From the NCBI GenBank assembly GCA_963806225.1, contig CAWDXG010000004.1:3008001-3072000 (forward strand): 64,000 nt of DNA, in the 5' to 3' direction. Each line of letters starts with the position of its first letter. The first letter of the stretch is position 1. The DNA is from an uncultured delta proteobacterium (GTDB taxonomy: Bacteria; Myxococcota_A; Polyangia; Polyangiales; Polyangiaceae). Made by a program: the position numbers and the translations under genes. Shown one piece after another: positions 35,213 to 46,793 of the stretch. The notes below the pieces were generated by a model that was not told the origin of the DNA, did not search any database, and saw only the letters and a list, made by a program, of their open reading frames with translations.

Positions 35213-36196
35213 TCAGCCGAGCAGGTCCTTGACGGTGTCCCGCTCTCCCACCAGCTCGTCGTTGGTCGCCTTGAGCTTACCCTTGGCGAACTCGCCCATT
35301 TCGTAGCCCTTGACGACCTCGTAGCTGCCGGACTCGGTCGTCTTGACGGGCACGCCTGCCCAGATCCCCTCGCTGAAGCCGTACGAACCGTCGCTCGGCA
35401 CGGCCACCGAGTGCACCGCGCCGGGCGTGATCAGATCCCGTACCGTGTCGACCAGCGCGTTCGCAGCCGAGGCGGCCGAGCTCGAACCGCGCGCCTTGAT
35501 GATCTCGGCGCCGCGCTTGCCCACCTTCGGCAAGAACTCGTTCTCGAGCCAGACCTTGTCACCGATCACGTCGGCCGCCGGCTTGTCGCCGATGGTCGCG
35601 TGCGTGAAGTCGGCGAACATACTGGGGCTGTGGTTGCCGTAGATGTAGATGTCCGCGACGTCGGTCACCGCGACGCCGGCCTTCTTCGCCAGCTGGGTGG
35701 CCGCGCGGTTCTGGTCGAGGCGCACCATGGCCATGAAGCGCTCCTTCGGCAGGCGCTTGGCGTGCGCGGCGGCGATCATGCAGTTGGTGTTGCAGGGGTT
35801 GCCGACCACGACCACGCGGCAGTCATCCGCAGCCACCTCGTCGATGGCCTTGCCCTGCCCGACGAAGATCTTCCCGTTGTCCTTGAGCAGGTCGGCGCGC
35901 TCCATGCCGGGTCCGCGCGGCTTGCTTCCGACCAGCAGACACCAGCTCGCGTCCTTGAACGCCAGCTTCGGATCGTCCGTCAGCACCATATCCGCGAGCA
36001 GCGGGAAGGCGCAGTCGTCGAGCTCCATGGCCACGCCCTTCAGCGCCTGCTGCGCTTTCTCGACCGGGATCTCGAGCAGCTGCAGGATGACCGGCTGGTC
36101 CTTGCCCAGGAGCTGACCGGAGGCAATGCGGAAGAGCAGGCTGTAACCGATGTTTCCGGCGGCTCCGGTGACCGCCACGCGCACGGGCTTCTTCAT
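35213..36196 (-). CDS. mdh: Malate dehydrogenase (type 2)
   Basis: [75 protein letters not shown]. Confidence 0.97.
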   Translation of the reverse strand: MKKPVRVAVTGAAGNIGYSLLFRIASGQLLGKDQPVILQLLEIPVEKAQQALKGVAMELDDCAFPLLADMVLTDDPKLAFKDASWCLLVGSKPRGPGMERADLLKDNGKIFVGQGKAIDEVAADDCRVVVVGNPCNTNCMIAAAHAKRLPKERFMAMVRLDQNRAATQLAKKAGVAVTDVADIYIYGNHSPSMFADFTHATIGDKPAADVIGDKVWLENEFLPKVGKRGAEIIKARGSSSAASAANALVDTVRDLITPGAVHSVAVPSDGSYGFSEGIWAGVPVKTTESGSYEVVKGYEMGEFAKGKLKATNDELVGERDTVKDLLG

Positions 36197-36444
36197 GGTG
36201 TTCTTCTCCAGCTGGGCAGCCCCGCACACGACGGGAGCGGGGCGCGGCATTCCGTCCGCTGGCTAGCTACTCCGTACGAGTGCTTGGCGCAAAGGTTCTC
36301 CCACAGCGCCCTGATGCACGCTTGTTGCAGCAGCGCGATGCCGATCCTGCTCAGATGTACGGTTGTCCCCGGGTGGACGCTGGACTAGTTCGCATGCCGG
36401 CCCGCGGTCTTGTCCATCGGCCGCGCCGTCCCCCAGGACAACCC

Positions 36445-37645
36445 ATGAAAATCCACGAATACCAGGGCAAGCAGATCTTCGCTCGCTACGGCATCCCCAT
36501 TCCGAGCGGCATAGCCGTGCTTCTCGGCCGACGAGGCCGAAAAGGCGGCGAAGAAGTTGATCGACGAGACGAAGAATCCCGTCGTGGTCGTCAAAGCGCA
36601 GATCCACGCCGGCGGTCGCGGCAAGGGCGGAGGCGTCAAGGTCGTCAAGGGCGGGCCCGGAGAAGCACGCCAGGTCGCGGAGAAGCTGCTCGGCATGCAG
36701 TTGGTGACCCACCAGACCGGACCCGCAGGCCAGAAGGTGCGTCGGCTCTACGTCGAGCAGGGCCTCGACATCGCCCGCGAGCTGTACGTCGGACTCGTCG
36801 TCGATCGCGAGCGGCGCCGCGTAGCGATGATGGCGTCGACGGAAGGCGGCGTGGAGATCGAGAAGGTCGCCGCCGAGACCCCCGAGAGGATTCTCACCGA
36901 GCACATCGATCCGCTGCTCGGCCTGGCCGGCTTCCAGGCGCGCAAGCTCGCGTTCGGGCTCGACGTGGGGCGCGGTACGCCGAAGCCCAAGGACACCGTC
37001 AAGCAGTTCGTCGCCACGCTCCAGAAGCTTGCAGACCTGTTCGTGCGGGAAGACTGCTCGCTCTGCGAGATCAACCCGCTCGTGATCACCAAGCAGGGCG
37101 ACGTCGTCGCCCTCGACTCGAAGATCAACTTCGACGACAACTCCGCCGGGCGCCACAAGGACTGGGCCGAGCTGATGGACAAGGACGAGGAGGATCCGGT
37201 CGAGCTCGAGGCCAAGGACGCCGGACTCAGCTACGTGTCCCTCGACGGCGACATCGGCTGCCTCGTCAACGGGGCGGGCCTCGCGATGTCGACCATGGAC
37301 ATCATCAAGCACCACGGCGGCAACCCGGCGAACTTCCTCGACGTGGGCGGCGGCGCCAACAAAGAACAGGTCGAGAAAGCCTTCAAGATGATCCTGTCGA
37401 GCCCGAAGGTGAAGGGCATCTTCGTGAACATCTTCGGCGGCATCATGAAATGCGACGTGATCGCGGAAGGCGTCGTCGCTGCGACCAAGGAGCTCGAGCT
37501 CACGGTTCCTCTGGTGGTGCGGCTCGAGGGCACGAACGTCGACAAGGGCAAGGAGATCCTCAAGCAGAGCGGCCTGAGCATCCAGGCAGCCGACACGATG
37601 GCCGACGGCGCGAAGAAGATCGTCGAGGCCGTGCGCGCCGGCTGA
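36445..37645 (+). CDS. sucC: Succinyl-CoA synthetase beta subunit; frameshift ~36515
   Basis: [12 protein letters not shown] then [51 protein letters not shown]. Confidence 0.95.
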
Positions 37646-37673
37646 GGCCGGAACTTTCCAGGAAAGAACGACA

Positions 37674-38569
37674 ATGGCAATTCTGGTCAACAAGGACACG
37701 CGCGTCGTCGTCCAGGGCATCACCGGCTCGGCCGGCGCCTTCCACACCACCCAGTGCATCGCCTACGGCACCCAGGTGGTGGCAGGCTGCACGCCGAACC
37801 GGGGCGGCGAGACTTTCGAGGCCGAGGGCCCCGACGGAAAGAAGGTAGCCGTCCCGGTGTTCGACACCGTGGCCGAAGCGGTCAACAAGACCGCAGCCGA
37901 CACCTCCTGCATCTTCGTTCCGGCACTGGGCGCCGCCGACGCGATCCTCGAAGCCGTCGACGCCGGCTGCAAGCTCGTCATCTGCATCACCGAGGGCATC
38001 CCGGTCGATGGACATGATCAGGGTGCGGCGGGCGCTCGAAGGGTCGAGCACGCGACTGGTCGGACCGAACTGTCCCGGCGTCATCACGCCGGGACAGTGC
38101 AAGATCGGCATCATGCCCGGCCACATCCACAAGCCGGGGCGGTTCGGCGTGGTGTCGCGTTCCGGAACGCTGACCTACGAAGCCGTAGGCCAGCTCACCG
38201 CGCTGGGCATGGGCCAGTCGACCTGTATCGGCATCGGCGGCGACCCGGTCGGCGGCATGGACTTCATCGACGTGCTCAAGCTCTTCAACGACGACCCGGA
38301 AACCGAGGGCGTCATGATGATGGGCGAGATCGGCGGAAACGCGGAGGAGAAGGCCGCCGCCTGGATCAAGGCGAACATGAAGAAGCCCGTGGCCGGCTTC
38401 ATCGCAGGCGCTACCGCGCCTCCGGGCAAGCGCATGGGCCACGCGGGTGCCATCATCTCCGGAGGCAAGGGCACGGCGAAGGACAAGATCGCCGCACTCG
38501 AGGCCGCCGGGCGTCAAGGTGGCGCCTTCGCCCGCCGAGATGGGCAAGACGCTGCAAAGCATGTTGTAA
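37674..38569 (+). CDS. sucD: Succinyl-CoA synthetase alpha subunit; frameshifts ~38008 and ~38510
   Basis: [54 protein letters not shown]. Confidence 0.95.
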
Positions 38570-38684
38570 ATCCAGCGCGCATCACCTAAGAGGCATCCCG
38601 AGCGCGGCGGTGGAGCGGCTTTCCGGATCACGCACCCGCATCCCGCCTCGTCAGGCCACCCCGGGGGCGCCGGAGGAAGATCGA

Positions 38685-39104
38685 ATGGCTGTTCAGCGCA
38701 CTCTCTGCATCATCAAGCCCGACGCCGTCGAGAAGCGGAAGCAGGGAGCGATCCTGCAGCGTCTGCTCGACGAGGGCTTCAGCATCCTCGCCATGCGCCA
38801 GCTACAGCTCGGCCGAAAGCAGGCCGAAGGGTTCTACGCGGTCCACCGGGAGCGGCCCTTCTTCGGAGAGCTGGTGGAGTTCATGACGCGGGGCCCGGTG
38901 GTGGTCGTCGCGCTCGAGCGCGACAACGCCGTCCAGCACTACCGCGACGTGATCGGAGCGACCGACCCGGCCAAGGCGGCGGAGGGCACCATCCGCAAGC
39001 TGTACGGCACGAACGTCGGCGAGAACGCCGTGCACGGCTCGGATTCGGAGGACAACGGCCGAATCGAGTGCGCCTACTTCTTCGCCGGGCACGAGCTGTT
39101 GTAG
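38685..39104 (+). CDS. ndk: Nucleoside diphosphate kinase
   Basis: [47 protein letters not shown]. Confidence 0.97.
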   Translation: MAVQRTLCIIKPDAVEKRKQGAILQRLLDEGFSILAMRQLQLGRKQAEGFYAVHRERPFFGELVEFMTRGPVVVVALERDNAVQHYRDVIGATDPAKAAEGTIRKLYGTNVGENAVHGSDSEDNGRIECAYFFAGHELL

Positions 39105-39119
39105 GCTAGAGGGCGGGCC

Positions 39120-39960
39120 ATGTCGCTGGGCAGGCCACCCTCGTCGCGTCCTTCAACGGACGTCGACCCGCGGCTCGACGCGGCACGCGGCCTGGTGCGC
39201 GACGCCCTGGGCTCGCTGCGCAACCTCGAGCAACTGCTGAAGTCGCTGCGCGTCGGACCGAAGGCACTGTCGGCCGGTTATCCCCGACGTCCACGCATCC
39301 TGCACTCCGCTGCTGGGCGCGGCACGCGAGCTGCTCGAGGCTCTGCGCGAGCAGCTTCCCGAACCCGACGCGCCGGATGCGCTCGAAGCGTTCATCACGC
39401 CCCGGGTCGAAGCACTGGAGAAGGCCCTGGCCGGCGCCCAGCTCGGCCCCATCAACGCCAAGAACCGCCTGGCGCTGGAGGCAGCCGTGGCCGGATCCGC
39501 GCAGCGAGCTCGACGCCGCGCGCGCCTTGATTGACCTGCTCGAGGACGCGCTCGGCGGCCCGGCCGTGCGCGTGGACCTGCTCGAGCTCGTGCGCAGCGC
39601 GGCCCGGTCCACGGAGCGCGCCGAAGGCGACGGAGCGGCTGCGACACGAGCAACGCTGGCCGCGCCTTCCCGGCAGCATCGAGCTACTGGTCAACCCGCG
39701 GTTGGCGATGTGGCTGCTCGGGATTGGAGTTCAACTGATGGCCGACGAGACGAGCCCGACCATCCCGCGCGTTGTCGTCTGACAGCCGCGGAAGGCGAGT
39801 GCGGACTCCGCGTCGAGCATGGTCCCGGCGAGGGCGAGTCGATGTCACTCGTCAGCCGCGTGCTGATTGCGCCCAGCTTGCCCTGCGCACGACGCGGCGG
39901 CGCAGCTGGGCGGAGCGCGTCTCGTGCACGACGAGAGCGCCTGCACGATTCTCTGGCCGT
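39120..39960 (+). CDS. Hypothetical protein broken by several frameshifts
   Basis: Protein-like segments alternate between frames (LRNLEQLLKSLRVGPKAL; ELDAARALIDLLEDAL; ELLVNPRLAMWLLGIGV); end approximate. Confidence 0.4.
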
Positions 39961-40019
39961 CATCGGCCTGAGCGCGCTCTGGCTTGCGACCGCGCACACG
40001 CACCGGTATGCCGCTCGGC

Positions 40020-40848
40020 ATGACCGAAGCCGAGCTCAGAAAAGCCATCGAGGCGGCCTTCGCCGATCGCGCGCTGCTTGACCGACGACGAACACAGAAG
40101 CGCCGTGCTGGAAGCGATCGCGCTGCTCGACGCTGGCAGAGATCCGCGTCGCGACCCAGGACGGACCGGGGCGCTGGACGACCCACGCCTGGGTGAAGCA
40201 GGCCGTCCTGCTCTACTTCGGCGTGGCGAAGATGGAGAAGATGCGTGGCGGGACCGATGGAGTTCTACGACAAGATCCCGCTGAAGCATGGCCTGGATGC
40301 GGCCGGCGTGCGCGTCGTGCCCCCGGGCACCGTGCGCTACGGCGCGCTACATCGAGCCCGGCGCGATCGTGATGCCAGGCTACGTCAACATCGGCGCCTA
40401 GGTCGGGGCCGGCAGCATGGTGGACACCTGGGCTACCGTCGGCTCCTGCGCGCAGATCGGCAAGGGAGTGCACCTGTCGGGCGGCGTGGGGATCGGCGGC
40501 GTGCTTGAACCGCCGGGAGCCCAGCCGGTCATCGTCGAGGACGGCTGCTTCATCGGCTCGCGCTCCATCATCGTGGAAGGCATGCTGGTCGAGAGCGAAG
40601 CCGTGATCGGCGCCGGCGTCGCCCTCACAGCCTCCACGGCGATCATCGACGTGACGGGAGAAACGCCGGTCGAATACCGCGGTCGCGTGCCGGCGCGCAG
40701 CGTCGTCATCCCGGGCATGCGGCAGAAGCAGTTCCCGGCTGGCGAGTACCAGGTGCCGTGTGCGCTGATCATCGGTCAGCGCAAGGAGAGCACGGACAGG
40801 AAGACCACCCTCAACGCCGCACTCCGCGAGTTCAACGTCGCGGTCTAG
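40020..40848 (+). CDS. dapD: Tetrahydrodipicolinate N-succinyltransferase; multiple frameshifts and in-frame TAG at 40399-40401
   Basis: [66 protein letters not shown]. Confidence 0.93.
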
Positions 40849-40860
40849 CCGGAGCCGCTC

Positions 40861-41925
40861 GTGTCCCAGCTGGCCGAGACCCTGCTCTGGCTCTGCCGCA
40901 TTCCGTCGCCCATCGGCGAAGAAGCCGCGCTGTGCGACGCGATTGCCGCAGCGGCTCCTGAAGGTGTCGCTGGCGGCCCCTCTGCGGCGCTACGGCAACT
41001 CGCTGGTAGCGCCGCTGACCCGCGGAAGCAGAGGCCCGCATGTCGCGCTGGCGGGGCATCTCGACGTAGTGCGGACGGAGCACGACGCCCCGCCACGGAT
41101 CGAGGGCGAGCGGCTGTACGGACCCGGCGCGGCCGACATGAAGAGCGGGCTCGCGCTGATGCTGGATCTGGCGGAGAACGGCGCGCGTCCGCCCGTCGAT
41201 CTGACGCTGGTATTCTACGCGCGCGAGGAAGGGCCGTTCGAGGAAAACGAGCTGGGCCCGGTGCTCGCGGCGGATCCGGAGCTCCGCCACGCCGACATCG
41301 CCGTCGCGCTCGAGCCGAGCGACAACAAGCTGCAGCTCGGCTGCGGAGGCTCGGTGCACGCAACGGTGCGTTTCCACGGACGGACCGCCCACAGCGCCCG
41401 GCCCTGGCAGGGCGAGAACGCCATCCACAAAGCGGCCGCGTTGCTCGCCCGCCTGGCGCGCGCTCGACCCCGGAGCAGAGCGAGATCGACGGCCTGACGT
41501 GGACGCGCGTGACCAGCGCAACGCTCGCCCACGGCGGACGGGCCCGCAACATCATTCCCGACGCGTTCGAGCTGAACGTGAATCATCGCTTCGGTCCGGA
41601 TCGCACGCTGGATCAAGCCAAGGCGCACGTCATCGAGCTGGTCGGGGACGAGGCGGAAGTAGAGTTCGTGGACCTCTCGCCGGCCGCGCCGCCACTTCGC
41701 GATCACCCACTGGTCCAGGCGCTGGCCGACAGCGGCGTCGTGGCGGTCGAGCCCAAGCAGGCGTGGACGGACGTTGCACGCTTCGCGGCGCTGGGCATTG
41801 CCGCGGTGAATTTCGGTCCCGGCGTGCAGGCGCAGGCGCATCAGCGGAACGAGTGGACGCTGCTGCCGGCCTCTTGTCACAGGCCAGGACATCCTGCGCC
41901 GCTGGCTGGCTGCATCGCGCACTAG
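40861..41925 (+). CDS. dapE: Succinyl-diaminopimelate desuccinylase (M20 family); multiple frameshifts
   Basis: [50 protein letters not shown]...AH..NE; adjacent to dapD. Confidence 0.88.
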   Translation: MSQLAETLLWLCRIPSPIGEEAALCDAIAAAAPEGVAGGPSAALRQLAGSAADPRKQRPACRAGGASRRSADGARRPATDRGRAAVRTRRGRHEERARADAGSGGERRASARRSDAGILRARGRAVRGKRAGPGARGGSGAPPRRHRRRARAERQQAAARLRRLGARNGAFPRTDRPQRPALAGRERHPQSGRVARPPGARSTPEQSEIDGLTWTRVTSATLAHGGRARNIIPDAFELNVNHRFGPDRTLDQAKAHVIELVGDEAEVEFVDLSPAAPPLRDHPLVQALADSGVVAVEPKQAWTDVARFAALGIAAVNFGPGVQAQAHQRNEWTLLPASCHRPGHPAPLAGCIAH

Positions 41926-42005
41926 CCCGCCGCCTTCCTTGCGGGAGCATGACCAGAGGGCTAGCCTGCCACGGCTCGATTCGTTCGCGCGCAGGTCTTC
42001 AGGGA

Positions 42006-42581
42006 ATGAAAGACAGAGCTCTCCCGGCGTTGTTGGCGGCTATGCTCGTCTGCGCCCCGACCGTGTCCGGATGCCGGAAGCATCGGAGCGTCCCCAGCCG
42101 GGAGAAGCCAGCTAGCTCGGCCGAGAAGAGCTCGCCCTCGCTCCTGACCGCAGGACCCCTGCAACGCGGGCTCGTGGCCCTACACAAGAAGCTCGGCAAG
42201 CCCATCAAGGCGCTCGAGCTGCTCGTCTTCCCGGATCACCTGATGTTGCAGGTGGAAGACCCGGACAAGCCCGACCAGGTCCTGCAGTACGAGTACCGCG
42301 ACGGCAAGGTGAGCGACGGCATACCTGTCGAGCTGCAGGGCAGCGGGAAGCTGTCCGACAACCTCTTCACGCTGGACGATATCAAGCTGGACGCCGTGCC
42401 GGAGCTGGCACGACAGGCCGTGCAGAAGGTCGACCCGAAGAACGGCAGGGTCAGCTACATGATCCTCAAGCGTAACCTGCCGTTCGACATGGACGTGCAG
42501 TACCGCGTATTCATGAAGAGCCCGCTCAGGGACGGCTACGTGGATGCCGACAAGAGCGGCAAGCTGGTCGAGGACAACTGA
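42006..42581 (+). CDS. Hypothetical lipoprotein
   Basis: MKDRALPALLAAMLVCAPTVSGC signal; well-formed high-GC3 coding frame. Confidence 0.7.
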   Translation: MKDRALPALLAAMLVCAPTVSGCRKHRSVPSREKPASSAEKSSPSLLTAGPLQRGLVALHKKLGKPIKALELLVFPDHLMLQVEDPDKPDQVLQYEYRDGKVSDGIPVELQGSGKLSDNLFTLDDIKLDAVPELARQAVQKVDPKNGRVSYMILKRNLPFDMDVQYRVFMKSPLRDGYVDADKSGKLVEDN

Positions 42582-42597
42582 GGACGCTTCGCGGCAG

Positions 42598-43452
42598 ATG
42601 GCCACTCCTACTCTGCAGAGCGTCCTGGGAGGACTTCGCGAGCTCGATGCGCTCCGCGTTGCAGGCAACGGCGCGGCAGAGGCCCGGCGCGACGTGGTAG
42701 CCGTGGAGGAGCCGCTCGGAGATCCGGCTGTGCGGGCGATGCACTGGCAACGACCATGCGCACGCCGGGTCAGGACCAGGAGCTCTGTGCCGGCTTCCTG
42801 TTCGCCGAGGGCCTGATCGCTTCCGCGGGACGACCTCGGGTCGATGGCGCATTGCGGCCGTCTGGGCGAGGAGGGCTACGGCAACGTCATCGACGTGCTG
42901 CCCGCACCCGGAACCGCGTTCGATCTCGAGCGGAGCAGAGCGAGCCGACGCGGGACACTGACCACGACGGCGTGCGGCGTATGCGGCCGCCGCAGCATCG
43001 ACGACCTGATCGCCCGCGTCGGGCGCATCGACGACGAAACCCGGTTGTCGCGCGAGGTGCTGCGCCGTCTCGGCGCGCGGCTCCGCGACCAACAGCCCGA
43101 ACTTCCGCAGAGCGGCGGGCTCCACGCAGCAGGGCTGGCAGACGCCGCGGGGCGCTACCACTGTCGTGCGCGAGGACATCGGACGCCACAACGCGGTGGA
43201 CAAGGTGCATCGGCAGGTGGCTCCTCGACGGCAGACTGCCGGCCGGCGGCACGCTCCTCGTCGTCAGCGGCCGCGCCAGCTTCGAGATCGTGCACAAGGC
43301 CCTGTGCGCCGGGCGTTCCGGCACTCGTGAGCGTGTCGGCTCCGAGCTCGCTGGCCGTACAGACCGCCGAGCGCGGCAACATGACGCTCATCGGCTTCGC
43401 CCGCGACGGCGGATTCAACGTCTATTCGGGCGGAGAGCGCATCGCGGACTAG
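42598..43452 (+). CDS. fdhD: Formate dehydrogenase accessory sulfurtransferase; multiple frameshifts
   Basis: VAVEEPL, TMRTPG.D.EL.AGFLF.EG, CGVCG, GGLHAA, EDIGRHNAVDKV, SGRASFEIV.K, SAPSSLAV across frames. Confidence 0.9.
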
Positions 43453-45011
43453 CGGCTTTTCGGCAGGCTGCCGGCGTCACGCCCGGTTGCGTGATCCAGC
43501 CGGGCCCGGGCGGTGCGCAGGTCGACCCGCGCGTTGATCATCTCGAGGCGGGCGCGCAAGAGGTCCGTCTCGGCGTCGAGCAGCTCCGTACTGGTGGCGC
43601 GCCCGTAGTGGAACAGCTCGTAGCGCACGCGATACGCTTCCTCGGCGGCGGCAAGGCTACGTTCGGTGGTCCGTGCTCCGGTCTGTGCGTCACGCGCGGC
43701 CTGGTAGGCCTGCATGACTTCACTGCGGAGCGCGTCCTTGAGCGCTTCCTTCTGCGCTTCGATGCGTGCGCGCTGGGCGTCGAGCGCTCGCTTGCCGGCG
43801 GTCGAGGTCCCGATGTCGTTCGGAGTCCACGTGAGCTGGATTCCCACGTCCCAGGATGCATGCCACTTCGCTTCCTGGGGGATGTAGCGCGGGTTCGGAT
43901 TCTGGTAGTAGGCGTCTCCGAACGCATCGAGGCGCGGATAGTTCCCGGCGGCGGCCACACGGCTCTGCTCCTTGAGAGACCAAGCGGTCTCGTCCAGCGC
44001 GCGGATCTCCAGGCGCTTGCGCAGCGCCTCGGCGTAGAGCGGAGCAAAGGCGCGCGGTGCAGGGCGGGCCTGGGCCATCAGATCCTCGCCGATGCGGTAG
44101 TGCTTCGACGAGGCGTCGTGCATCGCCGTCCGGACCTGGTCCTCGGCCATCGACGACATGTTCCGGGCACGGGCGAGCAGGAGCTCCGCGCGCGCCAGCT
44201 GCGACTCGGCGCTGAGCACGTCGGCTTTCGAGACACGCTCGGCGCCGAACGCGATGCGCGCTGCGCGGACGTGTGCCCGCGCCTGCTCGAGCGCCTGCGC
44301 CGCCACAGCCTGCTGCAGGCGGGCGCGCACCCAGGCGTAGTAGGTGAGCTTGCCCCCAAGCGCCGCCTCCAGCCGGGTTGCGCGTGCATTCAGCTCGGCA
44401 GCCCGCTTCGAATGAGACGCCGATGCGTAGCTCTGGCTCGTCCTGAGCAGGTAGTCCGAGAGCGGCACCGTCAGGTTCGCCTGCAGCGTGTACTGGTTGA
44501 GGATCACCGGAAAGGAGAACGCCGAGGCGGGGACGCCGAACAGCGGCGCACCGGGCGGCAGCGGCCCTTCGCCGGCCGTCGTGGCAACCAGATTCCCCTG
44601 GGCGGGCCCGAAGCTCGGCTGGGTGATCGGCGACAGCCGCACGTAGCGCGCCGTGAGTGTGAGGCGCGGGAAGAAACCGACCAGGGCCTTGTCCACGTCG
44701 GCTGCCGCGCCCTCGAGCTCCTTCTGTCTGGCTTTGACGTCGTAGCTCGTGGCAGCGGCACGGCGGCCGACCTCGTGCGACGTCAGACCGCCCGGGCGAG
44801 ACAACATCTTCCCCAGGCTGGCCTCCAGCGTGGTGCCCGGCGCCCGCGCCGCGTCGGACCTGTCCGGCGGCGCCTTGGCAGCTGGAGCGGGCGCCCCTTT
44901 CTTGCCGGGGGCAGGTGCGGGTGCAGCCGGCTGCGCGAACGCGAGCCCCGACCACATGGTCGCCAGCGCCAGCGCGCTGCTGATGGTCACGCCCAGTATC
45001 GGCCTATCCAT
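43449..45011 (-). CDS. TolC-family outer membrane efflux protein
   Basis: Signal peptide, two OEP repeats (FPRLTL, YPRLDAFG, G.AT.TELLDAE..L..AR). Confidence 0.9.
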   Translation of the reverse strand: MDRPILGVTISSALALATMWSGLAFAQPAAPAPAPGKKGAPAPAAKAPPDRSDAARAPGTTLEASLGKMLSRPGGLTSHEVGRRAAATSYDVKARQKELEGAAADVDKALVGFFPRLTLTARYVRLSPITQPSFGPAQGNLVATTAGEGPLPPGAPLFGVPASAFSFPVILNQYTLQANLTVPLSDYLLRTSQSYASASHSKRAAELNARATRLEAALGGKLTYYAWVRARLQQAVAAQALEQARAHVRAARIAFGAERVSKADVLSAESQLARAELLLARARNMSSMAEDQVRTAMHDASSKHYRIGEDLMAQARPAPRAFAPLYAEALRKRLEIRALDETAWSLKEQSRVAAAGNYPRLDAFGDAYYQNPNPRYIPQEAKWHASWDVGIQLTWTPNDIGTSTAGKRALDAQRARIEAQKEALKDALRSEVMQAYQAARDAQTGARTTERSLAAAEEAYRVRYELFHYGRATSTELLDAETDLLRARLEMINARVDLRTARARLDHATGRDAGSLPKSR

Positions 45012-45666
45012 GTTGTGCCTCCGTTCCTTCTTCGTCCTGTGCCGCCCCGCTCACGCGCCGGGACTGTGTGCCGATGCCGCAGAAGAGGACCTCGATCAGC
45101 GCGTTGGAGAGCGCCTCGCCCTCGGGGATCCCCTGGTAGGGAAGGTGCTTTCCCGCAATGCGCCGCATCATCTGCGGCGCCGTCCCCAACACCAGCGCCG
45201 CCATGAGCGCCAACGACGGATGCAGCGAAGCGTCGATGCTCCCGTCCGCGTAGCCGTCCGCCAGCGTGGCAAAGACGAGCGGCAGATGACCACGCTGGAA
45301 GCGCTCGACCAACCGCTCCAGGCGCGCCGATGAGACCAGCACCTCGCGCAGCACGAGTCGTACGACATCCAGTTCCTCGTCGCTGATCTGTCCCACGCGC
45401 ACGTACAGCCGGCGGAGCCGCTCGCGCGGCGGGAAGGCGGGATCGAGCGCCTCGGTCATGTCCCCGAGCAGCCTGGAGTAGATCTCCTCGACCACGGCCA
45501 GGAACAGATCGTCCTTGGTCTTGAAATAGTAGTAGACCATCCCGATGCTGGTGCGGGCGTCGCGCGCGATTCGCCGGAGCGAAGCTCCGTCGACGCCGTC
45601 CTTGAGGAAACGCGCGCGGGCGGCCTTGACGATACGCGGCTCGATGTTGCTTCTGGGTCGTGCCAT
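45004..45666 (-). CDS. TetR/AcrR family regulator
   Basis: IVKAARARFLKDGVDGASLRRIARDARTSIGMVYYYFKTKDDLF. Confidence 0.93.
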   Translation of the reverse strand: MARPRSNIEPRIVKAARARFLKDGVDGASLRRIARDARTSIGMVYYYFKTKDDLFLAVVEEIYSRLLGDMTEALDPAFPPRERLRRLYVRVGQISDEELDVVRLVLREVLVSSARLERLVERFQRGHLPLVFATLADGYADGSIDASLHPSLALMAALVLGTAPQMMRRIAGKHLPYQGIPEGEALSNALIEVLFCGIGTQSRRVSGAAQDEEGTEAQHG

Positions 45667-46793
45667 CACGCAATCTTCTTGCTGAACCTCAGGGAAGCGA
45701 TCAGGATCAGGAACGCGAGGAGGCCCGCGAGCCAGATCAGCTCGTGAACGACGTCGGGGAATCCGCTGCCCTTGAGGGTGATACCCCGGACGATGCGCAG
45801 GAAATGGGTGAGAGGCAGGGCCTGGGAAAGCCATTGCGCGGGCCGCGGCATGGCCTCGAAGGGAAACATGAAGCCGCTCAAGAGGATGTTCGGCAGCAGG
45901 AAGAAGAACGACATCTGCATCGCCTGCTGCTGCGTCTTGGCCAGCGTCGAGAAGAACAGCCCAAGCGCCAGGTTCGCCGCGATGAACACGAACGCCAGGG
46001 CATAGAGCAAAAGCCCCGAGCCCACGAGCGGCACGTCGAACACGATGTGGCCGAACCCCAGGATCAGCGTCATCTGGACGTAGCCGATGATCACATAGGG
46101 CAGGATCTTCCCGACGATGAGCTCGACGTTCTTGACGGGCGAGACGATGAGCTGCTCGAGCGTGCCGCGCTCCCGCTCGCGCGCGATCGCCATCGCCGTC
46201 AACATCACCATCGTCATGGTGAGGATCACGCCCACCAGCCCGGGAACGATGAACACCGCGGTACGGAGATCGGGGTTGTACCAGGTGTTCGGCTCGAGCT
46301 CGATCGGTTGCTCGGCCGCGGCGGCGCCGCTCCGCTTCAGCCGCGTCACGAGCAGCCGGCTGGAGCGCGCCGCGACGAGGGAGGCGGCCGTGTTGGTCGC
46401 GCTGGCCACCGTCTGGGGGTCGGAGCCATCCACGATGAGCTGGACATGCGCCGTGCGCCCTCTCGTGAGGTCGGACCCATAGCGGGGCGGGATCACCAGC
46501 GCGACCTTCGCTTCGCCGGAGCGGATTGCGGTCTGTACCTCCCCGTAGCTCCGCACATATCCGACTACGTCGTAGAAGGTCGTCGCCTCCATGCTCCGCC
46601 ACAGGTCACGCGACTGTGCGCTCCGGTCCTGGTCGTAGACGACGGTGGGCATGTGCCGCACGTCCGTATTGATCGCATATCCGAAGAGCAGGAGCTGCAT
46701 CACCGGGATGAACGCCATCATCGCGAGCGTCAGGCGGTCGCGGCGGAGCTGCAGAAGCTCCTTCCACGCGATGACCCACATGCGCGAGCTCAT
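45666..46793 (-). CDS. ABC-2 type permease (YbhR/S-like)
   Basis: KELLQLRRDR, YNP.L, ARERERGTLEQL..SP, LSGFMFPFEAMP. Confidence 0.93.
   Translation of the reverse strand: MSSRMWVIAWKELLQLRRDRLTLAMMAFIPVMQLLLFGYAINTDVRHMPTVVYDQDRSAQSRDLWRSMEATTFYDVVGYVRSYGEVQTAIRSGEAKVALVIPPRYGSDLTRGRTAHVQLIVDGSDPQTVASATNTAASLVAARSSRLLVTRLKRSGAAAAEQPIELEPNTWYNPDLRTAVFIVPGLVGVILTMTMVMLTAMAIARERERGTLEQLIVSPVKNVELIVGKILPYVIIGYVQMTLILGFGHIVFDVPLVGSGLLLYALAFVFIAANLALGLFFSTLAKTQQQAMQMSFFFLLPNILLSGFMFPFEAMPRPAQWLSQALPLTHFLRIVRGITLKGSGFPDVVHELIWLAGLLAFLILIASLRFSKKIA

Noticed and set aside
40399..40401. In-frame TAG in dapD as stop-codon recoding or pyrrolysine
   Set aside because: TAG terminates many genes here (e.g. 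gloB, ndk), and the site lies in an error-dense segment. It is most likely a miscalled TAC/TGG.
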